This document shows, piece after piece, positions 63,776 through 64,000 of a stretch of DNA of 64,000 bases; position 1 is the stretch's first letter; each line of letters opens with the position of its first letter. The position numbers were made by a program, and so were the translations under genes. The notes beneath the pieces are model-generated. The model had not been told where the DNA came from. It saw nothing but the letters and a program-made list of their open reading frames with translations, and ran no database searches. This DNA is from Octopus sinensis. Taxonomy: Eukaryota. Location of the stretch: positions 79,670,001 through 79,734,000 of the forward strand of contig NC_043000.1 in the NCBI RefSeq assembly GCF_006345805.1, read 5' to 3'.

Positions 63776-64000
63776 AGAACGGTTGTGTTTCTCTCCTTAT
63801 TCTTTACTGGCACTCTTTATTCAATATGCCATGTATTTGGCTTATTCTTTTATAAGAACGACTGTGCAATGTTTTAAAAGGAGACATTTCTGTTACCAAC
63901 TCCTTTGCGTATGGTCGTTCACTACACCGGCATCATCAAAATTGAAAATTGTGTAACTAAAAAAAAATTTAAACAAGAAATGAACAAAAAAAGGAGAAAA

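Overview
Eukaryotic, AT-rich, repeat-dense genomic DNA. It is most likely from an octopus or other coleoid cephalopod, an inference from recalled SINE/RTE families and microsatellite style, not from a database search. The only host gene I can support is ELP2 (Elongator complex protein 2, WD40) on the minus strand. Fourteen coding exons from the ATG at 45570 to 412 were reconstructed by hand. All have GT-AG borders and consistent phases, giving 1687 nt (562 aa); the gene continues past the left edge. Its introns and the 18 kb upstream are filled with transposons: one RTE-clade LINE with an uninterrupted ORF (APE endonuclease, RT, PHD-type finger) plus several decayed copies, a HERO-like RLE retroelement, Dong/R4 and Penelope fragments, five decayed mariners, TTAA-flanked and Tc1-like MITEs, three Helitron-type ends and two tRNA-derived SINE families. 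The most notable observations are: (1) the intact RTE lies sense in ELP2 intron 10 and carries a conserved phase-0 splice-acceptor-like site that would fuse ELP2 exons 1-10 in frame to the whole EN-RT protein; (2) two closely related RTE copies carry different tandem 5-prime monomer arrays; (3) near full-length inverted RTE copies bracket exons 9-10; (4) there is a perfect 76-bp inverted repeat in intron 1 and a roughly 890-bp foldback palindrome upstream. These functional interpretations are hypotheses that need RNA data.
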